A stretch of DNA of 18,919 bases, taken from positions 1 to 18,919 of the forward strand of contig CAWVXU010000054.1 of assembly GCA_963934255.1 (NCBI GenBank), in the 5' to 3' direction. The number at the start of each line of letters is the position of its first letter. The first letter of the stretch is position 1. This DNA is from an uncultured Fibrobacterales bacterium (GTDB lineage: Bacteria > Fibrobacterota > Fibrobacteria > Fibrobacterales > CAWVXU01). Shown in pieces: positions 1 to 8,117 of this stretch. The notes under the pieces are model-generated. The model was not told the DNA's origin, did not search any database, and saw only the letters and a list, made by a program, of their open reading frames with translations. The translations under genes were made by a program, and so were the position numbers.

Positions 1-1
1 C

Positions 2-1336
2 ACCTCGCCAGAACTCGGAGGGATTCTTGAAGCCCTTAGTGGAAACTCAAGCGAATTATCTTCACAACAAAGAGCAGTTGTCAGAGAATGGAATCGACAA
101 TATAAGAGGCAAATAAAATTACCAGCAAGCCTGGTTGAAGAGCTCAGTAAAACGACAAGCCTGAGTCAACAAGCGTGGTCTCAGGCTCGGTCTGAAAACA
201 ACAGTGAATTATTTCTTCCCTACTTGAAAAAGATTATTGAATTATCTAAAGAAGCCGGTGAGCACCTTAAGTTAGAGGGTCAAAGTGCATATGATGCTTT
301 GCTTGATGAATATGAGCCAGGGGCCAAAGGTGATGAACTCGCCCTTTTGTTTAAAGATCTAGTCGCTGAAATTGTTCCTTTACTTCGTAAAGTTGAGTCA
401 AGACCTGAGCCCAAAGGTGCTTTTGAAAACTCAGAATGGGATACATCTAAGCAAGAAGAACTGAGTATGTTCTTACTGACAAAAATGGGTTTTGATTTTG
501 AGCGTGGTCGGTTGGATGTCTCTGAACACCCTTTTACTGAGGGCTTAAATTTAAATGACGTCAGGCTGACAACTAGATACAGTCCATCAGAGTTTTTTGA
601 TGCCTTTTTCTCTACTGCACACGAGGGCGGTCATGGAATTTATGAACAAGGTTTTTCAGCAAAATGGATTGGAACGCCCATCGCCGAATCAATTTCTTTG
701 GGTGTGCATGAATCGCAGTCAAGATTGTGGGAAAATCAGGTCGCCAGATCACGCGAGTTTTGGATTTGGATGTGGCCTGAGTTGCAAACTAGATTTCCTG
801 AAAATCTAAATGGTATAGAGTTTGATACATTCTATCGGGTTGTTAATAAAGTAAAATCAGGGGAGATTAGAGTTGATGCAGATGAGCTCACTTATAATTT
901 ACACATCGCTCTTCGCTTTCAAATAGAAAGAGAAATTTTTAATGAAGGACTAAAAGTTTCTGATATTGAAGCCAGATGGAATGAACTTTCTGATGAATAC
1001 TTAGGACTTTTGCCAACTTCACCGATGCGTGGGTTTTTACAGGATGTTCATTGGAGCGTAGGTTTGTTTGGATATTTCCCAACCTATACATTAGGGAATC
1101 TAATGTCTGCTCAAATTTTCAATACCGTAGAAAATCAGATCCCCCAACTTAAAGATCAATTTCAATCAGGTAAATTTGAAGAATTGAAGCTATGGTTGAA
1201 TCAAAATATCCATCGGTATGGTAAGTTTTATTCTTCTCAGGATTTGATGGTCAAGATCAGTGGTGAAAAGTTAAATGCCAAATATTTTACAGATTATTTG
1301 AAAGAAAAATACTCTCGTTTATACGAATTAGTATGA
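2..1336 (+). CDS. M32 family metallocarboxypeptidase (carboxypeptidase Taq-like), 5'-truncated by the window edge
   Basis: The frame of ORF 224..1336 stays open back to position 2 (TSPELGGILEAL...QQAWSQAR...FLPYLKK). M32 motifs are present: HPF, DVRLTTRY, HEGGH (HExxH), HESQSR, IRVDADE, QDVHW, GYFPTYTLG. Confidence 0.95.
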   Translation, partial: TSPELGGILEALSGNSSELSSQQRAVVREWNRQYKRQIKLPASLVEELSKTTSLSQQAWSQARSENNSELFLPYLKKIIELSKEAGEHLKLEGQSAYDALLDEYEPGAKGDELALLFKDLVAEIVPLLRKVESRPEPKGAFENSEWDTSKQEELSMFLLTKMGFDFERGRLDVSEHPFTEGLNLNDVRLTTRYSPSEFFDAFFSTAHEGGHGIYEQGFSAKWIGTPIAESISLGVHESQSRLWENQVARSREFWIWMWPELQTRFPENLNGIEFDTFYRVVNKVKSGEIRVDADELTYNLHIALRFQIEREIFNEGLKVSDIEARWNELSDEYLGLLPTSPMRGFLQDVHWSVGLFGYFPTYTLGNLMSAQIFNTVENQIPQLKDQFQSGKFEELKLWLNQNIHRYGKFYSSQDLMVKISGEKLNAKYFTDYLKEKYSRLYELV

Positions 1337-1368
1337 GCCACTAGTTGATAAAATTGGAAAGTAAGTTC

Positions 1369-1935
1369 GTGAAATTTATTCATTTTATACTCGTTTTAAT
1401 AAGTTTTGGATTTAGTCAGGATGGTTTAAATCCTTTTCTAAAAATAAAAAGTTTAGGCCATAGAGATCCTATAGAGGACAGGTTGACTCTAGAAAAATTA
1501 AATGCCAAAATCAAAACAGAAATTGAACCGCGCCTCCGATCCGTGAGGAATATATCTATTGAGAACTTCCTTCAATATCCCAAAGATGGTCAGTTAGTAA
1601 TTGTTGATGTGCGAGAAAAAAATGAAATGTTGTCTATGTTACCTGGGGCAATTTCACTTGAAATTTTCGAACAATTGCGTCAAGATTCGATTTATAACAA
1701 AAAAGTTGATATCGTCTTCTATTGCACTATTGGGTGGAGATCAGGGGATGTAGCCAATAAATACCAAGACCTGGGTATGTCAACTTATAACTTGACTGGT
1801 GGAGTCTTGGCCTGGGCCTATAAGGGTGGTGAATTTGTGAATGCTCGAGGTGAAAAAACTATCCAAGTTCATGTCTATAATTCTAAGTGGAATTTTCTAC
1901 CAAGTCCCTATGAGGCAATGATTGATGGGTACTAA
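1369..1935 (+). CDS. Rhodanese-like domain protein, probably secreted
   Basis: Rhodanese motifs IVDVRE, LPGA, active-site loop YCTIGWRS and YNLTGGVLAW. GTG at 1369 follows GGAAAG and gives a signal-peptide-like N-terminus (MKFIHFILVLISFGFSQ). An alternative TTG start lies at 1345. Confidence 0.85.
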   Translation: MKFIHFILVLISFGFSQDGLNPFLKIKSLGHRDPIEDRLTLEKLNAKIKTEIEPRLRSVRNISIENFLQYPKDGQLVIVDVREKNEMLSMLPGAISLEIFEQLRQDSIYNKKVDIVFYCTIGWRSGDVANKYQDLGMSTYNLTGGVLAWAYKGGEFVNARGEKTIQVHVYNSKWNFLPSPYEAMIDGY

Positions 1936-1944
1936 GGTAAAAGC

Positions 1945-2244
1945 TTAAATTTTAAGCCTCTGTTTTGTTTTTTGTAGGATTATGTGTAATTTAGAAGCGT
2001 ACTGGGCATTTTGTCCAGTCCAACTGTTCAGGTTGAGTTCCCACCATTCAAATGCTTCGAGAAATTCTTCGCTTTCATGAAATTTTAGAGTTCCTTGTTC
2101 CAAAAATTTCTCAATAAAAAAGACGAGGCGAGGCTCATAAATATTGGCTTCAAATGAAGAACCTTCTAGAGTCAAATCTAAATAGATACCGGTGTCAGAT
2201 AGGTTTTTCCATATAATCAAAATGTCAAGATTAGCAGCGGCCAT
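1945..2244 (-). CDS. Hypothetical protein (99 aa)
   Basis: The ATG lies 1 nt after the tas stop (TGA-T-ATG), consistent with translational coupling. The ORF fills the gap to the rhodanese gene. No recognisable motif. Confidence 0.55.
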   Translation of the reverse strand: MAAANLDILIIWKNLSDTGIYLDLTLEGSSFEANIYEPRLVFFIEKFLEQGTLKFHESEEFLEAFEWWELNLNSWTGQNAQYASKLHIILQKTKQRLKI

Positions 2245-2245
2245 A

Positions 2246-3289
2246 TCAAGGAGCTGGGTTAGGGTAGGCTTTGTGAATGACTTCTATTTCGTCCATTAAT
2301 TCTTTTGGTAAAACGACTTCAGTGCTGCTGATGTTTGATTTGAGTTGTCCCATAGTTGTGGCGCCGATGATATTTGAAGTGACAAAGCTTCTCTGTGTAA
2401 CAAAAGCTAATGCCATCTGAGCGGGATCTATATCGTGTTGTAAGGCGAGCTTGACATATCGTTCAGTTGCAAGATCCGCATTGCTTTCAAAATACCTTGT
2501 GAAATAATTTCCAAATAACTCAAGCCTTGTACCCTTGGGGCGTTGACCATTTTGGTATTTACCAGAAAGGACTCCAAAAGCTAATGGTGAATATGCTAGA
2601 AGTGAAATTTTCTCCCGATGAGAAACCTCAGCTAGTCCAACTTCAAAAGAACGATTGATAAATGAGTATGGGTTTTGAATACTTTGCATAGGTGCGAGTC
2701 CCATATCTTTGGCCACTTGATTCCATTTCATTGCACCCCAAGCTGTTTCATTGGAAATACCATAATGACGAATCTTGCCGGCTTTAACCAAGCTATCTAA
2801 AGCTTCAAGAGTTTCTTCAAAAGTTACAGGAAGCTTTTCATCTTGATGTACATAGTCAAGCTTTCCAAAAAAGTTGGTTTTTCTGTCTGGCCAGTGTAAT
2901 TGATAGAGGTCAATATAATCCGTTTTGAGTCGACGCAGATTACCTTCAATCGCTTCAGTGACATTGGCTTTATTTAATGAATTATCTGATCCACGGATCC
3001 AGGTCATCGTTGGTGAAATTCCGGTAATTTTTGAAGCAAGGATGAATTTATCACGATTTTGACGTGAATTATGCCAATTTCCTATAAACTCTTCAGTTTT
3101 GCCTTGAGTTTCAAGTTTCCCTGGTACGGGGTACATTTCGGCACAATCAATAAAATTAACACCCTGATCTAAAGCATAGTCAAGTTGTTCATGTGCCTGA
3201 ACTTCAGTATTTTGTTGACCAAATGTCATTGTGCCGAGACAGACTTCACTGACTTCAAGATCTGTTTGACCTAATTTGCGATATTCCAT
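2246..3289 (-). CDS. tas: NADP(H)-dependent aldo-keto reductase, Tas-like
   Basis: CLGTMTFGQQNTE, GVNFIDCAEMYPVP, LKTDYIDLYQLHWPDR, GKIRHYGISNETAWG, SIQNPYS, LLAYSPLAFGVLSGKY and SNIIGAT are the hallmark segments of the Tas subfamily. Confidence 0.92.
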   Translation of the reverse strand: MEYRKLGQTDLEVSEVCLGTMTFGQQNTEVQAHEQLDYALDQGVNFIDCAEMYPVPGKLETQGKTEEFIGNWHNSRQNRDKFILASKITGISPTMTWIRGSDNSLNKANVTEAIEGNLRRLKTDYIDLYQLHWPDRKTNFFGKLDYVHQDEKLPVTFEETLEALDSLVKAGKIRHYGISNETAWGAMKWNQVAKDMGLAPMQSIQNPYSFINRSFEVGLAEVSHREKISLLAYSPLAFGVLSGKYQNGQRPKGTRLELFGNYFTRYFESNADLATERYVKLALQHDIDPAQMALAFVTQRSFVTSNIIGATTMGQLKSNISSTEVVLPKELMDEIEVIHKAYPNPAP

Positions 3290-3391
3290 GGTTCTGCCTT
3301 TTTCTTTTGTTTATTGCTATTAAAGCATTTCTAAGAAAGTATTTTTACAATATACGCAAAATTAAGTCTTAAAGAAATAAGGATTATTAAA

Positions 3392-4735
3392 ATGTCTGAA
3401 TATTTAAATATTTTGATAGCCTATTTGGCAGCCGTTTGGCGTTTTGTTGAGGCTATGGCACCATACCTCACCTTTGGATTGTTTTTAGCTGGTGTGATGC
3501 ATGTGTTTTTGCCAAAGTCTATGATAGAGCGGCATCTTTCTAAACCTGGGATGGGGAGTGTGTTTAAAGCTTCACTCATAGGTGTTCCAATGCCACTTTG
3601 TAGTTGTTCGGTCATTCCGGTAGCTCAACATTTACATAATAGTGGTGCGTCTAAGGGGGCGACTCTTAGTTTTGTAAGTAGTACTCCAAGTACGGGAGTT
3701 GACTCTATTACAGCGCTTATGGGCTTGATGGGACCTATTTATACTTTGTTCAAAGTTATTTTGAGTTTTGTGGGTGGATGGACGACTGGCGCACTTGCTA
3801 CGATTATTGTACCTGATTCACGTAAGTCATCCCAATTAAAGTCGCAAGAAGCCACAATTACTCCGGTTATTACTGAACTAAAGTGGACCGAAAAATTAAA
3901 TTTTCACACCTTAAAAACGAGTTTTGAATATGCTTATATGGATCTCTTTAAGGACATTGCTAAGTGGCTTTTTATTGGTACTCTCTTAGGCGCTTCTCTC
4001 GAGTTCATAATACCTGAAAATTGGTCACTAGTTGAAAATATTTGGCTATCCTATGGAATCATTGTTCTTATTTCTCTGCCATTATATGTGTGTGCTACTG
4101 GCTCAATCCCCATCGCTCTTGCACTACTGGCTCAAGGATTTAGCCCAGGATGTGCACTCCTATTTCTTTCTCTTGGACCAGAAACCAATTCTGCCACAGT
4201 ATCGTGGTTATGGGGGAGTTTTGGTGCTAAGTTGACCAGCATGTATTTAATTGTTTTGGCTGGATTAAGCCTAGGTGCCGCAATTATTATGGATGTATTT
4301 TTTCGTGACTTAGTTGTTGCGCAAAGCATGGCTCATCACCACGAAGAAAGTTCCTTAGTTGTGACAATTATATCTGTCTTATTTAGTTTGGTTTGGGGTT
4401 TTCATTTGTATCGCCTTTTAAAATCTTGGATTTCTAAACGGATGGGTAAAAGACAACGCTCTGGGTCCTGTTCTGATGCTAGTAATGATTCCACATGTTC
4501 TTCTTCTATAGTTGGGGCAAACTCTGGTCAATTACATATTCCTATTTATGGAATAACCTGTGGAAATTGTGTTCAAAAAGTTCAGAGTATATTAGACAAA
4601 TCTGGTATCAAATCGACAGTCAATTTGGAGCCTAGTGAAGTCGTTATTATTGCTTCTGACTTAGAAGCTTTAAAGTTACAGGCTGCGGGGCTTCAATTTC
4701 AAGGTTATAAATTAGATCTGAGTGAGTTTAAATGA
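3392..4735 (+). CDS. SO_0444/ArsP(DUF318)-like metal efflux permease with C-terminal HMA domain
   Basis: Multiple hydrophobic segments; PMPLCSCSVIP, TGVDS and PLYVCATGSIPIA motifs; HHHEE loop; C-terminal HMA signature IYGITCGNCVQKV. Confidence 0.85.
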   Translation: MSEYLNILIAYLAAVWRFVEAMAPYLTFGLFLAGVMHVFLPKSMIERHLSKPGMGSVFKASLIGVPMPLCSCSVIPVAQHLHNSGASKGATLSFVSSTPSTGVDSITALMGLMGPIYTLFKVILSFVGGWTTGALATIIVPDSRKSSQLKSQEATITPVITELKWTEKLNFHTLKTSFEYAYMDLFKDIAKWLFIGTLLGASLEFIIPENWSLVENIWLSYGIIVLISLPLYVCATGSIPIALALLAQGFSPGCALLFLSLGPETNSATVSWLWGSFGAKLTSMYLIVLAGLSLGAAIIMDVFFRDLVVAQSMAHHHEESSLVVTIISVLFSLVWGFHLYRLLKSWISKRMGKRQRSGSCSDASNDSTCSSSIVGANSGQLHIPIYGITCGNCVQKVQSILDKSGIKSTVNLEPSEVVIIASDLEALKLQAAGLQFQGYKLDLSEFK

Positions 4736-4780
4736 TAAATGAAGATTTGCTTTAGAATGATAATAACATTAGATTAATGT

Positions 4781-5545
4781 TTAAAAACGGGGATTCAAGT
4801 AATTTAAAGTCCTGTTTAATTCATTGGTTAAAAAAACAATTGCGTTGAGTGGAGTTGAAATTGCCAAGAACATTACAGTTGAGTAGGCTAAGTCAATGAT
4901 GACGGCAGGTTGAATAGCTACGTTGCTTATGATTGGTGTGATTCATTGAATAACGTTACTTGCTTCTGCTGTATTTGACTTTAAATTTGAAAGTAAATTT
5001 TCATGAAAAGCCGCGACTGTTAAAATAAGAATGGGAGATGCTCCAAAGTCAAAGTCTGCTAATAGAATACTTGTGAGGTCATTTTTATTGATAATCGCGC
5101 CCTAGAGGAGGCCGCCCATTATAAGTTCAAGAGTATTCCGAGACAAGCTTTTGAAAGCATCTGAATTAAGAATGCAAGCATCGCCATAAGTATAATGGGA
5201 ACAAAGGGTACAAGACAAAGTTAGACACCATTAAAGCCACTGGTCATACATAACACAACTGTGAGAGTAAAAAATCCAGATAATCGACGAGCGTCAAAGT
5301 TTAGCATATGTATCCCAATCTTTGTTTGGATGATTCGGAAGTGACTCTTTTAATAAGAATATTGCACCACCCAAAACAACAATCCTTGCGGATGGCTTCA
5401 GTGATTCATAGCTCGGCTGCAAGTGTGATAATAAAAATTGCTCGGACTTCAGTTGGCTGCGTGGTATAGTCAAATATGTCGATAGAAATTAGAGACGCAA
5501 TCCTTATGCAAAGCTTATAAGCTAAGTGTATGATCTAAATGACAT
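4781..5545 (-). pseudogene. Decayed SLC13/DASS (divalent anion:Na+ symporter) transporter remnant
   Basis: Manual minus-strand translation gives ordered DASS-like fragments: RAIFIITLAAEL*ITEAI, DWDTYAKL*RSSIIWIF, FTLTVVLCMTSGFNGV*LCLVPFVPII, ILNSDAFKSLSRNTLELIMGGLL*GAII, LLSNLKSNTAEA, LAYSTVMFLAISTPLNAIVF. These are broken by stops and frameshifts. Candidate ATG at 5545, terminal TAA at 4783-4781. Confidence 0.8.
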
Positions 5546-5565
5546 AATGAAAAATTGATGATTTA

Positions 5566-6039
5566 CTAAGTAGGGAACTGTGGCTGAGAAGCTTTGTCTT
5601 TTAAAGCAAGATTAGTGAACCGAAGTTTACGAGTTACTATTTGAGCAATTTCAGTCATGACCTTGTATCCAATGGTTGGGTTATCATTGAAACATTCATT
5701 GAGTAAATCACGACCAAGAACTAATATCTTGCTATCCATTGTGGTTGTCGCTGTCGCACTTCTAGGTTGGTCATCTAAATAGGCCAGCTCACCAAAAAGT
5801 TGTTGTTCTCCAATACGGCAAATATTGACGGCTGTATTATTATAGGACTTAAAGTCTATGGAGACTTGGCCCTTGAATATGACATAGAGCTCATCGGAAT
5901 GGTCACCTTCATTGACAATAATACTACCCAAAGTATATTTCTTAGGAAGCGCGAGATTTGCTATGATTTCAAGTTCGTCTTCATTTAAGTTACTGAAACC
6001 ATCTACTTGAGCTAATATTTGTGCCGCAGCTGAACTCAT
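5566..6039 (-). CDS. Standalone cyclic-nucleotide-binding domain protein (CRP-like effector domain, no HTH)
   Basis: EGDHSDELYVIFKGQV and phosphate-binding cassette FGELAYLDDQPRSAT. The protein ends after the C-helix (RKLRFTN) at 157 aa, too short to carry a CRP HTH. Confidence 0.9.
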   Translation of the reverse strand: MSSAAAQILAQVDGFSNLNEDELEIIANLALPKKYTLGSIIVNEGDHSDELYVIFKGQVSIDFKSYNNTAVNICRIGEQQLFGELAYLDDQPRSATATTTMDSKILVLGRDLLNECFNDNPTIGYKVMTEIAQIVTRKLRFTNLALKDKASQPQFPT

Positions 6040-6085
6040 TATAAATATCCGTTGATGAAAATTTGCACTCAGATAAATTTAAAAT

Positions 6086-6115
6086 AAAAAAACCTGACTC
6101 AGTGAGTCAAGTTTT
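6086..6115 (-). terminator. Probable rho-independent terminator of the nqr operon
   Basis: The minus strand reads AAAACTTGACTC-ACT-GAGTCAGGTTTTTTT, an inverted repeat with one G.U pair running into a U-tract, about 75 nt after the nqrF stop. Confidence 0.72.
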
Positions 6116-6121
6116 AAGCAT

Positions 6122-6148
6122 TGTGATAAATGTGATAAATGTGATAAA
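6122..6148. repeat. Perfect tandem repeat (TGTGATAAA)x3
   Basis: Copies at 6122-6130, 6131-6139 and 6140-6148, read directly from the sequence. Confidence 0.9.
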
Positions 6149-6190
6149 AAACACTTATTTGATGATGTTATTGCACCATAGAGCCGAAGC

Positions 6191-7489
6191 TTAGCCACCG
6201 AAATCATCAAAACGGATATGTTCATCAGGAATACCAAAATCTTCACCCATTTTTTGAACGGCAACGTTCATCATTGGAGGTCCACAGAAGTAGAGTTCTA
6301 GATCTTCTGGTGTATCGTGTTTATCGAGATATTCTTTAATTACAGCATTATGTACAAACCCTGTAAATCCATCACCATTTGAATCATCTGTATCAGTTTT
6401 ATTTACCCAGTTGTCCTCAGGAAGAGGATCTGAAAGTACGATATAGAACTTAAAATTAGGGAAATGTTTTTCCAGTTCATAGAAGTGATCTAAGTAGAAT
6501 AGTTCGCGTTTAGAACGACCACCATACCAATAAGACACTCTACGACCTGTTTGTAAGGTTTTGAATAAGTGGTAGAGATGAGAACGCATTGGAGCCATGC
6601 CTGCACCACCGCCTACATACAACATCTCAGCTTCTGATTCATTAATGAAGAACTCACCAAAAGGACCAGAGATAGTGACTGTGTCACCTGGGTTGAGCGA
6701 GAAGATATATGAAGATGCAATACCTGGATTCAAATTTGCCCATCCACCAATAGCTGGATCAAAAGGCGGACACGCAACACGTACGTTTAGCATGATTTCA
6801 CGACCCTCTGCAGGGTATGAAGCCATTGAGTAAGCGCGTTCAACAATAGATTTGTTTACCATTTTAAGAGGCCAAAGTTTGAATTTGTCCCACTCTTCTT
6901 GGAATTTGGTTGGTTCACCTGGATGCTCAGAAGGGTGAGCCGTGATATCCATGTCTGAATATTTAACTTCACATTCAGGGATTTCAATTTGGATATATCC
7001 ACCCGCTTCATAAGGCATATCAGAAGGAACTTCTACAACGAGCTCTTTAATGAATGATGCAACGTTGTAATTACGTACAACTTTTGCTTCATACTTCTGA
7101 ATGTTGAAAATTTCATCTGGGACCTGAATTTGCATATCTTGTTTGATTTTAACTTGACATGCAAGACGCCAGTTGTCATCTGCATCGGCGCGAGAAATAT
7201 GACCTGTCTCGGTAGGGAGAATCTCCCCGCCACCATCAATCACTTGACAACGACACTGAGCACATGTACCACCACCACCACAAGCAGATGGGATGAATAT
7301 CCCATGTTCTGATAGAGCAGTAAGGAGTGTGGCTCCAGGTGAGACTTTTTTGGCTAAAGCAACGTCACCATTGATACCAATAGTTACGTCACCTTGAGCA
7401 ACGAGTTTTGACTCAGCAAACATTAAGATGAACACAAGTCCCATAATAAATGCTGTAAAAATGATTAAACTTACAATAATAAATAGCAT
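6191..7489 (-). CDS. nqrF: Na+-translocating NADH:quinone oxidoreductase subunit F
   Basis: N-terminal TM anchor; 2Fe-2S motif SACGGGGTCAQC...RLACQVK; FAD motif RAYSMA; NAD motif GGGAGMAPMRSH; YFCGPPMM; C-terminal FDDFGG. Confidence 0.98.
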   Translation of the reverse strand: MLFIIVSLIIFTAFIMGLVFILMFAESKLVAQGDVTIGINGDVALAKKVSPGATLLTALSEHGIFIPSACGGGGTCAQCRCQVIDGGGEILPTETGHISRADADDNWRLACQVKIKQDMQIQVPDEIFNIQKYEAKVVRNYNVASFIKELVVEVPSDMPYEAGGYIQIEIPECEVKYSDMDITAHPSEHPGEPTKFQEEWDKFKLWPLKMVNKSIVERAYSMASYPAEGREIMLNVRVACPPFDPAIGGWANLNPGIASSYIFSLNPGDTVTISGPFGEFFINESEAEMLYVGGGAGMAPMRSHLYHLFKTLQTGRRVSYWYGGRSKRELFYLDHFYELEKHFPNFKFYIVLSDPLPEDNWVNKTDTDDSNGDGFTGFVHNAVIKEYLDKHDTPEDLELYFCGPPMMNVAVQKMGEDFGIPDEHIRFDDFGG

Positions 7490-7499
7490 GACATACCTC

Positions 7500-8117
7500 T
7501 TAAAGCTGGATACCAGCGAAGCACATAAAGCCCATCGCCATCAACCCGCTGATAATGAATACTAAAGAGTAGCCCTCAAAAGCTTTTGGTGGATGAGCAT
7601 AAGTCAGTTTAGTACGGATTGCAGCTAGTGCCACAATTGCGAGGAAAAATCCAACGCCTGATCCGAAACCAAATACTAATGCGTCATCAAAAGCATATTT
7701 GCGTTCTACCATGAAAAGTGAAGCTCCTAAAATCGAACAGTTAACTGTGATCAAAGGAAGGAATACACCAAGAGATGCATAAAGTGCAGGAGAAAACTTG
7801 TCCAGTATCATCTCAACTAACTGTACCATCGTCGCGATTGTTGCGATGAATGCGATAAAGTTAAGAAAAGAAAGATCAAGGCCAGCTAGGCTCTCGTTGC
7901 CAGTCCATGCAAGTGCTCCTTTTTTAAGGAAGAATTCATGAACAGCCCAATTCACTGGAGTCGTTACAGTTAGTACAAAAATAACTGCACCACCAAGACC
8001 GGATGCGGTTTCCACTTTGTTAGAACAAGCTAAGAATGAACACATACCTAAGAAGAAGGCAAGAAGCATGTTTTCTACGAAAACAGCTTTGACGAAGATA
8101 CTTAAATATTCGACCAT
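7500..8117 (-). CDS. nqrE: Na+-NQR subunit E
   Basis: FVENMLLAFFLGMCSFLA, QLVEM and LGVFLPLITVNCSILG motifs; expected operon position. Confidence 0.97.
   Translation of the reverse strand: MVEYLSIFVKAVFVENMLLAFFLGMCSFLACSNKVETASGLGGAVIFVLTVTTPVNWAVHEFFLKKGALAWTGNESLAGLDLSFLNFIAFIATIATMVQLVEMILDKFSPALYASLGVFLPLITVNCSILGASLFMVERKYAFDDALVFGFGSGVGFFLAIVALAAIRTKLTYAHPPKAFEGYSLVFIISGLMAMGFMCFAGIQL

Noticed and set aside
5294..5408. TGA codons at conserved Trp positions of the DASS remnant, suggesting UGA=Trp recoding
   Set aside because: The same remnant also has TAA/TAG stops, frameshifts and Trp-to-Cys/Arg changes, and intact genes in the window end in TGA (1336, 2246, 4735). Ordinary TGG-to-TGA decay explains it.
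4736..5565. Possible ncRNA, riboswitch or CRISPR array in the long ORF-free gap
   Set aside because: There is no repeat-spacer pattern or stable GC-rich stem, and the region is explained by the transporter pseudogene.
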